This document shows, piece by piece, positions 46,302-54,086 of a DNA stretch of 61,641 bases (its first letter is position 1; each line of letters starts with the position of its first letter). Made by a program: the position numbers and the translations under genes. The DNA comes from a virus (taxonomy: Duplodnaviria; Caudoviricetes): IMG/VR virus record IMGVR_UViG_3300049893_001527, positions 1 to 61,641 of that record. One strand, written 5' to 3'. The notes below the pieces were generated by a model. It did not search any database and was not told where the DNA came from. It saw only the letters and a list, made by a program, of their open reading frames with translations.

Positions 46302-46305
46302 ATGA

Positions 46306-46379
46306 CTGAGTGTAGCTCAATTTGGTAGAGCACTCGCTTTGGGAGCGAGGGGCTGTAGGTTCAAATCCTATCACTTAGA
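46306..46379 (+). tRNA. tRNA-Pro(TGG) #1
   Basis: ctgagtg/cacttag, ctcgc-TTTGGGA-gcgag. Confidence 0.92.
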
Positions 46380-46392
46380 CTAGGGTATTACA

Positions 46393-46590
46393 ATGAAATC
46401 TCCAAAAGAAATCCGGCATGAATTCCAACGATTATGGTCTGAATTAGAATCCGTACATGACCGTATGGATTTACTTAGAAAAGAGTGTTCCCATATCAAT
46501 TGGGTAACAAACGAAACCGCTATAACAGAAGAAGGTCGTAAGGAAAAGTATTGTGATGATTGTGGTGAATACATAGGACAATTAGAATAA
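46393..46590 (+). CDS. Small coiled-coil + CxH...CxxC protein (paralog 2)
   Basis: LRKECSH...CDDCG. Confidence 0.6.
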   Translation: MKSPKEIRHEFQRLWSELESVHDRMDLLRKECSHINWVTNETAITEEGRKEKYCDDCGEYIGQLE

Positions 46591-46623
46591 CATTTAGCCG
46601 AATCACGGCTAAGGGAAATCGTT

Positions 46624-46821
46624 ATGAATACAGACAATAAATCAGATCCGACACAACTAAACGCAACACAAACTGCTTTATTTAAGGCAGCGTTCAACAA
46701 CGATAGTGATGCAGTTAAGTCAATACAAGACAATTGCTCCCACCATAATCAGAAGCAATTTGTGTTGGAATGGGGTAAGGTCGTTGAGTGGTGTGGTGAT
46801 TGTTATACAAGATTTAAATAA
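46624..46821 (+). CDS. Small CxH...CxxC protein (paralog 3)
   Basis: IQDNCSH...CGDC. Confidence 0.6.
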   Translation: MNTDNKSDPTQLNATQTALFKAAFNNDSDAVKSIQDNCSHHNQKQFVLEWGKVVEWCGDCYTRFK

Positions 46822-46826
46822 ATTAT

Positions 46827-46901
46827 CGGGGAGTGGCCCAGTCTGGTTAGGGCTCCTGTTTTGGAAACAGGAAGTCGCAGGTTCGAATCCTGCCTCCCCG
46901 A
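46827..46901 (+). tRNA. tRNA-Pro(TGG) #2
   Basis: cggggag/ctccccg, cctgt-TTTGGAA-acagg. Confidence 0.9.
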
Positions 46902-46911
46902 CTGTAGTAAT

Positions 46912-46999
46912 GGAAAAGTGGCAGAATGGTTGATTGCAACGGTCTTGAAAATCGTAGCTGGCTAACGCTGGCTTGTGGGTTCGAATCCTACCTTTTCCG
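46912..46999 (+). tRNA. tRNA-Ser(TGA)
   Basis: ggaaaag/cttttcc, loop CTTGAAA, long variable arm. Confidence 0.92.
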
Positions 47000-47002
47000 C
47001 TT

Positions 47003-47073
47003 GGGCTCCTAGTATAATGGGATTATGTTGGCTTTGCAAGCCGAAGACAAGGGTTCGATTCCCTTGGGGTCCA
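47003..47073 (+). tRNA. tRNA-Ala(TGC)
   Basis: gggctcc/ggggtcc with G3:U70, loop TTTGCAA. Confidence 0.88.
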
Positions 47074-47114
47074 CTTTATGTAGTTGGTTAGTAAAACCTT
47101 AAAGGAAAATCAAA

Positions 47115-47633
47115 ATGACCCCAATTGAATACTTAGCTAAAATTACCCAACACGTATTGGTGCGGATACTTGCTGAACCATCATATGATTTTAGTCCACC
47201 AGATGTTCAAACAGTTGCGATTCAGGATTTGCAAGCTTTGGCTGATGAAGCTACGGAACAAGGTAACGCTTTGGTGGTTCAGTCAGTTTTGCCGCATGAA
47301 ATGTGTGTGTTAATGTTGGATTTCAAAACCCCTCATTTGGACGAAGGGGAATTGGTGCGATTATTGAGCCAAAACAAACTTGAAGGAGCTTTGTTTAGAA
47401 CCAATAATTCTTATCATTTTTATGGAAATAAAATGTTGTCTCACGAAGTTTATTACCGCGAGATTCTTCAATTAGTAGGAGTAACCATAAATGATCAACC
47501 CATTCTAGACCTAAAGCACGTTTCGATTTCTGCTAAAAGAAGAATGGCTGGTCTAAGGGTTAATGCGGCTTGGGGTAAGCGGGTGCCAAAATTTGTCACT
47601 AATTTACCTACATTAAGTGGGTTCAAATGGTAG
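47115..47633 (+). CDS. Possible archaeo-eukaryotic primase (AEP)-fold protein
   Basis: MLDF, TNNSYHFYG, D..H, LRV resemble AEP motifs I-III; AAGGA RBS. Confidence 0.45.
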   Translation: MTPIEYLAKITQHVLVRILAEPSYDFSPPDVQTVAIQDLQALADEATEQGNALVVQSVLPHEMCVLMLDFKTPHLDEGELVRLLSQNKLEGALFRTNNSYHFYGNKMLSHEVYYREILQLVGVTINDQPILDLKHVSISAKRRMAGLRVNAAWGKRVPKFVTNLPTLSGFKW

Positions 47634-47642
47634 TAGCAGTAC

Positions 47643-47713
47643 GCGGAGCTAGTTCAATGGTAGAATGTTAGTCTTCCAAACTAAGGATAAGGGTTCGATT
47701 CCCTTGCTCCGCG
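47643..47713 (+). tRNA. tRNA-Gly(TCC)
   Basis: gcggagc/gctccgc, loop CTTCCAA. Confidence 0.88.
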
Positions 47714-47843
47714 AGGGTTTCAATTAACCAAATAATGCTTCGCGCGGGGCTTATTTTGGGAATAATTGATTAAATACGTTCTAGTGAATATACGGCCCGG
47801 AGGGTTAGTATATAAGGTGCAATTCCTTACGTGGCCCTTATCA

Positions 47844-47914
47844 GGGAAAATAGTTCAACGGTAGAACTATCGGCCGATTACCGATAAATGTAGGTTCGAC
47901 TCCTACTTTTCCTA
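47844..47914 (+). tRNA. tRNA-Ile(GAT), atypical loop (C33, U37)
   Basis: gggaaaa/ttttcct, atcgg-CCGATTA-ccgat. Confidence 0.8.
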
Positions 47915-47987
47915 TGTGATTGAAACCAAATGGCTAGGTGTTGGTTTGTGAAGCCAATTTTAGCGGGTTCGATTCCCGTCAATCACA
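47915..47987 (+). tRNA. tRNA-His(GTG)
   Basis: (t)gtgattg/caatcac(a), loop TTGTGAA; U-1:A73 rather than G-1:C73. Confidence 0.85.
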
Positions 47988-47998
47988 CAGGAGTAAAT

Positions 47999-48217
47999 AT
48001 GACTAGAGAAGAATTAGTGGAATTGATGAAAGCTTTAAGAGAAATCCGTGATCGGGTTCAAGAAATAAATAATGAATTAGACGAGGTTTTGGCTGGTTTA
48101 GACCGTGAACACGTTATACATAAAATTTGGGAAATATCCCCTCCCCGCCACAAACCACCATGCGTGGATGGTGAAATCTGTACGTGTGGACTTCGTGGAT
48201 TAAAGCATTTGTTATAA
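47999..48217 (+). CDS. Hypothetical protein
   Basis: AGGAG RBS, ATG 47999. Confidence 0.6.
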   Translation: MTREELVELMKALREIRDRVQEINNELDEVLAGLDREHVIHKIWEISPPRHKPPCVDGEICTCGLRGLKHLL

Positions 48218-48220
48218 AAA

Positions 48221-48291
48221 GCGCCTATAATTAAATGGTATAATACCGGTTTTACACACCGGGTTTCCAAGTTCAATTCTTGGTGGGCGCA
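48221..48291 (+). tRNA. tRNA-Val(TAC)
   Basis: gcgccta/tgggcgc, ccggt-TTTACAC-accgg. Confidence 0.88.
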
Positions 48292-48303
48292 AGAGGAAAT
48301 AAA

Positions 48304-48798
48304 ATGTTTGACAAGTGTAACGATATTGGTTCGTTAAAAGAGTGGTTGAAAAGGTATTTTTGTATTGAATTACAACAAGACGAACTAGAGTTCGTTTGGT
48401 CAATTTACGGTAACTCAGCCCCCAAAGAATTAGTATTACCGGAGCATTTTGATAAAAACACCGTGCCGTTGGTGGTATCAATGGTTTATTTGTTTCATTT
48501 TGATTGTGACGTTAGTTTCTTTTGTTTGACACGTTACTATGTAATTAACCAAATTAAAAAGCGTTTATTGTTGACCAATTGTGCAACAATCGGTAATAAG
48601 CGGGTATCTGTCCAAAAACCTAATAGAACAAACAATATTAGGTTTATATTAAACTATGCTAGTGGACTTGGCATCGAACATACCCCGTTGGTAATTGTTA
48701 ATGGAATGTTTGGGTGTGACGAACGGTGGTTAGATGAAATGAAATTAGTGGCTTGTTCCAAAGGGGGATTAGCTCCCTTGGTTTTAATGATGACGTAA
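48304..48798 (+). CDS. Hypothetical protein
   Basis: GAGG RBS, ATG 48304. Confidence 0.55.
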   Translation: MFDKCNDIGSLKEWLKRYFCIELQQDELEFVWSIYGNSAPKELVLPEHFDKNTVPLVVSMVYLFHFDCDVSFFCLTRYYVINQIKKRLLLTNCATIGNKRVSVQKPNRTNNIRFILNYASGLGIEHTPLVIVNGMFGCDERWLDEMKLVACSKGGLAPLVLMMT

Positions 48799-48802
48799 TA
48801 AT

Positions 48803-48877
48803 GGTCCCGCAGTTTAATTGGATATGAATACTTGGTTACGACCCAAGAGAATGTGAGTTCGACTCTCACCGGGACCA
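48803..48877 (+). tRNA. tRNA-Arg(ACG)
   Basis: ggtcccg/cgggacc, cttgg-TTACGAC-ccaag. Confidence 0.88.
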
Positions 48878-48878
48878 C

Positions 48879-48907
48879 TTGACACCCCCGTAGGACCGTG
48901 GTAGGGT
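48879..48907 (+). promoter_or_regulatory. sigma70-type promoter, probably giving a leaderless mRNA
   Basis: TTGACA-N17-TAGGGT; ATG 48915 lies 7 nt after the -10 box with no RBS. Confidence 0.75.
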
Positions 48908-48914
48908 ACTGAAC

Positions 48915-49205
48915 ATGACGACGCGAACACCGGAAGCTGACCTAGACTTACTTAGGGTGGAACTAGCGAATTTAAGTATGGGGGAACACTTGGTAGTACA
49001 AACCAACATGGTTTTTACGGTAAGTTATTGTCAAATGTATGACACCATAGATGTTGCGATAGAAGAACGTGACGGTAAATACCCATCAAAAGTTAACCAT
49101 TTAGTTAAGCAATACGAAGCCAAATTGGCCAAATTTAAGGCCAAAATTGAACGTTTTTGTAAAAAGCATGGTTGGACCGAAGAAGACGTATGGGGTAATT
49201 TATAA
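48915..49205 (+). CDS. Hypothetical protein (paralog family A)
   Basis: C-terminal KIERF.KKHG..E.DVW. Confidence 0.65.
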   Translation: MTTRTPEADLDLLRVELANLSMGEHLVVQTNMVFTVSYCQMYDTIDVAIEERDGKYPSKVNHLVKQYEAKLAKFKAKIERFCKKHGWTEEDVWGNL

Positions 49206-49211
49206 AGGTAG

Positions 49212-49284
49212 GCATCCATAGCTCAATTGGTAGAGCATTCGGCTTTTAACCGAGCGGTTGGGGGTTCGATTCCCTCTGGATGCA
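49212..49284 (+). tRNA. tRNA-Lys(TTT)
   Basis: gcatcca/tggatgc, loop CTTTTAA. Confidence 0.93.
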
Positions 49285-49288
49285 ATAA

Positions 49289-49370
49289 GGGTTTGTTGAC
49301 GATAAGGTTAGCGAAGCAGTCTGTAAAACTGCTGCCTTTGGCCAACTCGGTTCAAGTCCGAGCAGACCCA
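49289..49370 (+). tRNA. tRNA-Tyr(GTA)
   Basis: gggtttg/cagaccc, gcagt-CTGTAAA-actgc, long variable arm. Confidence 0.85.
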
Positions 49371-49393
49371 TAATGATGCGATAAGGATAAAAA

Positions 49394-49675
49394 ATGGCTA
49401 AAAAAATATATTACACAGACCTTTTAGAAACTTACCTTGCTTTATCCCAAGTAAGACGAGTAAGTTGTTTTGAAATCAAATGGACAGAATTAACCAACGT
49501 GGAAATCACGCAAACCCGTACTTTGGCCGAAGCTAGAGCCAAAGCTAAGAAAACACAAAAAAACTTAAGTCGTAAGATTGAAAGACTAGTAAAACAAGTT
49601 CAATCCTATGCCGCAGAAAAAAAAATGACAGAATTGAATGTCTGGTCAATGTTAGCTGATGACGCTGCTTTATAA
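49394..49675 (+). CDS. Hypothetical protein (paralog family A)
   Basis: AAGGA RBS; KIERL...E.NVW. Confidence 0.65.
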   Translation: MAKKIYYTDLLETYLALSQVRRVSCFEIKWTELTNVEITQTRTLAEARAKAKKTQKNLSRKIERLVKQVQSYAAEKKMTELNVWSMLADDAAL

Positions 49676-49709
49676 GACAGTCTGCAATCCCAACCAAAGG
49701 AATAATACA

Positions 49710-50045
49710 ATGTCAACCCTAGCCAAAATTGCTTGTACGAAATGTGGTTGTAATAAAGAAATCAACCTAGCAAAGTTTGATGGTTTTGATGAACTTTTAA
49801 AAGAGTTCGAAGAACTAAGTAAAGGCGAATACGTAAAAATTCCCGGGGTAGTTGAGTACAAGATTTGTTGGGAAGAAGGTATGGAATGTAGTTCAAATGA
49901 GATCGAAGCTATGATTGACGTTAAGGCTTTAAAGCAAGCTAGGTTAAAGTTTAATAAAAAAATCAAGGCTTTTGAGCAAAAACTAATCAAATTTGCTAAA
50001 AGGCATGGGCTAGAACCCCAAACCGTTTGGGATATAATTATTTAA
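49710..50045 (+). CDS. Hypothetical protein (paralog family A)
   Basis: AAGGA RBS, ATG 49710; KF.KKI...KRHG....VW. Confidence 0.65.
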   Translation: MSTLAKIACTKCGCNKEINLAKFDGFDELLKEFEELSKGEYVKIPGVVEYKICWEEGMECSSNEIEAMIDVKALKQARLKFNKKIKAFEQKLIKFAKRHGLEPQTVWDIII

Positions 50046-50050
50046 GATTG

Positions 50051-50122
50051 TGCGGGGTAGTGAAATGGTTATCACATTAGACTCATACTCTAAGGTTGGC
50101 GGTTCAATTCCGCCCCCCGCAA
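50051..50122 (+). tRNA. tRNA-Met(CAT)
   Basis: tgcgggg/ccccgca, ttaga-CTCATAC-tctaa; initiator versus elongator unclear. Confidence 0.85.
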
Positions 50123-50131
50123 AGGAATAAC

Positions 50132-50389
50132 ATGGAACGTTTTAAAACAGAAAACTTTGCAAGACTCGGCAAAACTTGTGCTAGGTGTGGTGAAATTGCC
50201 TATAGCGGAATCAGGGATACCGAAACCCCGGGTTTGTTTGTGCATATTAATCGGCTTATTTGTGACAGATCGTTAGATGAACAAAATCGGGAACTTGACA
50301 AGGCGTGGGACGAGGGGTATAGTGAAGGCCACGATGAAGGGTACGATGAAGGGTATGAAGATGGTGTCGCAGCTAACAAGGATGATTGA
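50132..50389 (+). CDS. Hypothetical protein
   Basis: AAGGA RBS; CARC; (D/E)EGY repeats. Confidence 0.6.
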   Translation: MERFKTENFARLGKTCARCGEIAYSGIRDTETPGLFVHINRLICDRSLDEQNRELDKAWDEGYSEGHDEGYDEGYEDGVAANKDD

Positions 50390-50401
50390 GTAATGTAGTA
50401 T

Positions 50402-50473
50402 TGATAGGTAGCCTAATGGCCGGGCGCGTAACTGTTAATTACGAATATGGTGGTTCGAGTCCACCCCTATCAG
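50402..50473 (+). tRNA. tRNA-Asn(GTT)
   Basis: tgatagg/cctatca, loop CTGTTAA. Confidence 0.85.
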
Positions 50474-50502
50474 CTATAATCTTTTGCATAACAGGTGGTG
50501 TT

Positions 50503-50967
50503 ATGCAAAAGATTATAGAAAAAGAATGCAAAAAACATGGTTTGTCGGTATTTGTATTTGAGTTGGGTTCTAAAAGATATAGATGCAAAAAGTGCAGGGC
50601 TCAATCAGTAATGAATACCAGAAGAAACGCAAAGAAACGATTGTTGGAAGTTTTTGGAAATAAGTGTTGTATTTGTGGTTATTTTAAATGTTTGGGGGCA
50701 TTAGAATTTCACCACGTTGATTCTATGACTAAAAATTTTTCTATTTCTAGTTCTAAAGCCAATACCAGATCGTTAAAGGTCAAGATGAAAGAAGCGCAAA
50801 AATGTTTAGTTCTTTGCGCTAATTGTCATAGAGAAGTTGAGTCTGGCTTAATTTTAAAAGAAGTTTTAGTAGAAAAATTACAATTAAGGGTTTTGGATGA
50901 ACTGAAGTTTTCTGAACTTGGCTCAAACACAAAAGTGCCGAATTTACAAACTGACACAAATTCGTAG
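50503..50967 (+). CDS. HNH endonuclease (probable homing endonuclease)
   Basis: CCICGY.KC..ALEFHH.D...CLVLCANCHRE; start ATG 50503. Confidence 0.88.
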   Translation: MQKIIEKECKKHGLSVFVFELGSKRYRCKKCRAQSVMNTRRNAKKRLLEVFGNKCCICGYFKCLGALEFHHVDSMTKNFSISSSKANTRSLKVKMKEAQKCLVLCANCHREVESGLILKEVLVEKLQLRVLDELKFSELGSNTKVPNLQTDTNS

Positions 50968-50986
50968 TCCCACAAAGGAGTTTTGG

Positions 50987-51256
50987 ATGAAAACTAAAGT
51001 TTTTGTTGTGGAACGTCTTTATTGTAAATCATTGGTGCCAGATTTGTTGGAGGTTTGTGATTCGGTTGAGGCTGGTATGGCTGTAGTTAACCGGAAAATA
51101 GCTGAAACTGGCGAATCCGCACTTTTTAAGAAAGTACATGATGATTGTGGTCGAATAGAGGTTAGGTTACACACACAACATTATTTTTATTGCATCAACG
51201 AATATCCACTAATGTCAATTAATGACATACCACCCGTTGAACCCGTAGTACCATAA
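50987..51256 (+). CDS. Hypothetical protein
   Basis: AAGGAG RBS. Confidence 0.6.
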   Translation: MKTKVFVVERLYCKSLVPDLLEVCDSVEAGMAVVNRKIAETGESALFKKVHDDCGRIEVRLHTQHYFYCINEYPLMSINDIPPVEPVVP

Positions 51257-51268
51257 AGGAATATCCAA

Positions 51269-51568
51269 ATGGGCAAATCAGCTAGAACCAAGAAAGCCGC
51301 AGAACGACTAAAGCAAAAGCGGGCCAAGAAGGACGCTCAACGAGCCAAGTACCAATCATTTAGAGATCGTGGTGAGAATTCAAAGCGGGCGCGTCGGCAA
51401 GCTCGTAAAACGGTTAGAGCCGTAAAGTCTACTTTACATACTGTAGCGGATTGTGGGAATACAGGATGTTTGAAGTGCAATCCGGTTAACTTCAACCCAT
51501 TTCTCAAAGATGGGAAACCAACCCCCGAAATGCCTCGGTGGATGTTTCTAATGTGGCAGGAGGCTTAA
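51269..51568 (+). CDS. Basic hypothetical protein with C-terminal Cys motif
   Basis: K/R-rich; H...CGN.GC.KC. Confidence 0.6.
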   Translation: MGKSARTKKAAERLKQKRAKKDAQRAKYQSFRDRGENSKRARRQARKTVRAVKSTLHTVADCGNTGCLKCNPVNFNPFLKDGKPTPEMPRWMFLMWQEA

Positions 51569-51569
51569 A

Positions 51570-51956
51570 ATGGGCCTAGATATGTATCTGTATGATATGG
51601 TAATTACCGAAGAACACTCCTTAGCAGAAATGGATCGTAGCCAACTGGCTTATTGGCGTAAGGCTAATTCCATCCATGCTTGGTTTGTGGATAACGTACA
51701 ATCCGGGGTAGATGATTGTGAGTTTTATCCAGTAACGGTTGAGCAGCTTAAAACTTTGTTGGATTTGTGTAAAAAGGCTTTGAATGCGCCTAATATCCAT
51801 GAATCACTAAAGTTTTTACAGCCTAGAAGTGGATTTTTCTTCGGTCCCGTAGATGATATGGATTGGTATTTAAAAGATTTAAGAAATACAGTTGAACAGT
51901 TAGAGGGTATTCTTAAGGATCCACCAAAGGAGATTTATTATCATTCCAGTTGGTAA
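51570..51956 (+). CDS. Conserved phage hypothetical protein
   Basis: MGLDMYL...YWRKAN.IH.WF...GFFFG...Y.SSW, a widespread phage family pattern. Confidence 0.75.
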   Translation: MGLDMYLYDMVITEEHSLAEMDRSQLAYWRKANSIHAWFVDNVQSGVDDCEFYPVTVEQLKTLLDLCKKALNAPNIHESLKFLQPRSGFFFGPVDDMDWYLKDLRNTVEQLEGILKDPPKEIYYHSSW

Positions 51957-52158
51957 CACCAAACTATATTGACTTCGGGGTTGTGACACTAATCACAATT
52001 GGGGGCCCCAATATAGTTTGGTGCCCTTGGTAGCAGGGATTTAAAGAGCTACCCGACACAGGTTGGATTTCTAAATGATCCAAAGCCCAAACGAAATAAG
52101 GGTAGCGAGCGACTTCCTTTATTTCGGTAATGGGCGGGGTTCCATCGGCCCCGTGTTG
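51957..52158 (+). ncRNA. Unidentified highly structured RNA(s)
   Basis: 15-bp perfect stem 51957-52023, then a cloverleaf-like fold cgacac/gtgttg with a T-arm-like ggggt-tccatc-ggcccc. Confidence 0.5.
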
Positions 52159-52164
52159 TTTTTA

Positions 52165-52237
52165 GGTGCTATCGCCTACGTGGTCATGGCATTCGGTTGA
52201 AGCCCGAAACATCTTGGTTCGATTCCAAGTGGCACCA
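52165..52237 (+). tRNA. tRNA-Phe(GAA)
   Basis: ggtgcta/tggcacc, ttcgg-TTGAAGC-ccgaa. Confidence 0.87.
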
Positions 52238-52249
52238 CAAGGAAATATA

Positions 52250-52462
52250 ATGACTGCTAATGAAATTCAAGAAATAGCTAATCAAAATAAGTTAGGCAGA
52301 GTTTGGTTTCAAGTAAAAATAGCTCAAAATACTGGTAGAGAAATAGAAGTTGGTTATATTAGTCTTAAAGATGGTTCTAGGGATTTGTTTTGCAAAAGGC
52401 AATCCAGTAGTAATCCAGACCAGTTTTATTTGTGTAATGAATACGCTAAGTTGACACAGTAA
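52250..52462 (+). CDS. Hypothetical protein
   Basis: AAGGA RBS, ATG 52250. Confidence 0.55.
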   Translation: MTANEIQEIANQNKLGRVWFQVKIAQNTGREIEVGYISLKDGSRDLFCKRQSSSNPDQFYLCNEYAKLTQ

Positions 52463-52544
52463 ACGATACCGAGCGAGCCAGCGGGAGCCATAAATCCTTG
52501 CAAGGAGTAGTCGGGCTCCGGGGTAGGTGGAAGCCCTACTTTAT

Positions 52545-52618
52545 TACACCATGGCCGAAATGGATAAGGCAACGGATTGCAAACCCGTTATGTCCCGGTT
52601 CAAATCCGGGTGGTGTAT
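52545..52618 (+). tRNA. tRNA-Cys(GCA)
   Basis: tacacca/tggtgta, loop TTGCAAA, U73. Confidence 0.9.
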
Positions 52619-52629
52619 TTGGGGGTAAA

Positions 52630-52872
52630 ATGAATATAACAGCTTATGTTTCATACCAGATTGAACAAAGAATTTGTGATGGATGGATTAAGGTAAGGGA
52701 CTTTGATGGATATTGGGATTATGGTGTTAGGGAATTCTACACATTTGCAGACGCCAAGAAATACGTTGATTATATTTCTAAGCGAAATCCTAATATAAAG
52801 TTGAGAATAGTAAGGGTACAAACAAATACCACGGTATTAGATTCTACGGGCCAACCAGAGAGGCTAAAATGA
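52630..52872 (+). CDS. Hypothetical protein
   Basis: ATG 52630 after GGGGG. Confidence 0.55.
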   Translation: MNITAYVSYQIEQRICDGWIKVRDFDGYWDYGVREFYTFADAKKYVDYISKRNPNIKLRIVRVQTNTTVLDSTGQPERLK

Positions 52873-53153
52873 GCAAACCGTCAAATGAAGAACTATGCCA
52901 ACAACTAATTAATGTATTATTAGCATATGATGACCGGTCTTTTGACCCTAGCATGAAAACATTAGTGCAGAAGTGGTCTATTCCAATTAAACCAATTGAA
53001 TTATTAGAAGTCATAGACCGGTGTGTTTTTGGTAGTTTGTGTTCCGGGGTAGTATTGTCCGGGTTACAATTAGTTTATGACAGACAATTAGAAGTGTTTG
53101 GTTTAACACACGAAAACGTAGTAAAAGAAGCGGTATGGCGGGACAACCCATAA
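52869..53153 (+). CDS. Hypothetical protein
   Basis: ATGA coupling, GAGG RBS. Confidence 0.6.
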   Translation: MSKPSNEELCQQLINVLLAYDDRSFDPSMKTLVQKWSIPIKPIELLEVIDRCVFGSLCSGVVLSGLQLVYDRQLEVFGLTHENVVKEAVWRDNP

Positions 53154-53227
53154 GCGGATATGATGGAATTGGCATACATATTAGGTTTAGACCCTAAGTT
53201 TTGCAGGTTCGACTCCTGCTATCCGCA
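53154..53227 (+). tRNA. tRNA-Leu(TAG) with short variable loop
   Basis: gcggata/tatccgc, Leu-type D arm, ttagg-TTTAGAC-cctaa. Confidence 0.88.
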
Positions 53228-53242
53228 CTAAAGGTAAAACAA

Positions 53243-53647
53243 ATGAATCCACTCAAAGATACTCAAAAATTCATTAAAGCCCTACAAACCATAGTAGAGC
53301 ATAGGTATCAATACCAATTTTGGGTAAGCAATGGTAACCTAAATCCAGACCATGCTAAGACCGTGGATTTAGGTGAAGTAATGTATAACGGGGTCAAGCA
53401 TCCTAAACAACTTAAATGGCGGTCTTCCGAACATTTTAGTTGTTTGTTGAATGAATTAGTAAGTAAGCACGTAAAATTTGTATTTGGTTTTGATTATTAC
53501 AAATTTGATTCAGTATTCGCGTGTTATACCGAAGAAACCAGAGAAGAAGCTATTACCAGACTTAAATTACAAGAAAAAGCCGCCAACGCAGAAGAATCCA
53601 GAGAACGTGCATTACTGGCGAATTTAAAGGCTAAGTACGAGCAGTAA
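53243..53647 (+). CDS. Hypothetical protein
   Basis: AAGG RBS; C-terminal ER.LLA.LKAKYE, common in phage ORFs. Confidence 0.6.
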   Translation: MNPLKDTQKFIKALQTIVEHRYQYQFWVSNGNLNPDHAKTVDLGEVMYNGVKHPKQLKWRSSEHFSCLLNELVSKHVKFVFGFDYYKFDSVFACYTEETREEAITRLKLQEKAANAEESRERALLANLKAKYEQ

Positions 53648-53650
53648 TAC

Positions 53651-53986
53651 GGGGGTAACAAGGTTTCGACGTAGAAATGAAATCCTCAAAGGCAAGCCGT
53701 AGTTGGTCGTTGGCTACGTTAAAAAGCGACTAAAGCATAAAAGACGCTGACATGGCTCTAGCAGCAGCTTAATTGTTGTTGCCCTTTTATTATAAATGCG
53801 AATATATAATAAAAGGTAAAGAATTCGCTAAGGCTCCGGTGGTTTAGGTGGTGGCTAACAAGCCTAGGGGCACAAAAATCAAAGTCAGCTACCCTAGTAG
53901 TAGCCTTGTAGGGGGTTAATCCTACTAAGCTTGTAGAATTTAGGACGTAGGTTTTACGGACGCGGGTTCGATTCCCGCTACCTCCA
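53651..53986 (+). ncRNA. ssrA: tmRNA; tag ORF 53743-53772 encodes (A)DADMALAAA*
   Basis: 5' GGGGGTA..GGTTTCGAC; 3' GACGCGGGTTCGATTCCCGCTACCTCCA; G3:U70; pk1-like region; tag ending LAAA. Confidence 0.93.
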
Positions 53987-54004
53987 ACCGAAGCGCGCTG
54001 TACG

Positions 54005-54050
54005 ACCCCTAGATTATCCTAAATGGGATAATCTAGGGGTTTTTATTTTT
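54005..54050 (+). terminator. Rho-independent terminator closing the tRNA/tmRNA array
   Basis: acccctagattatcc/ggataatctaggggt 15-bp stem plus T-rich tail. Confidence 0.9.
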
Positions 54051-54052
54051 CG

Positions 54053-54082
54053 GGCTATCAATCTTTACGGCATTGGGGATTA
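54053..54082 (+). repeat. 30-bp direct repeat, copy 1 (late promoter + RBS cassette)
   Basis: ggctatcaatctttacggcattggggatta, identical at 56018-56047. Confidence 0.95.
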
Positions 54083-54086
54083 CGGT

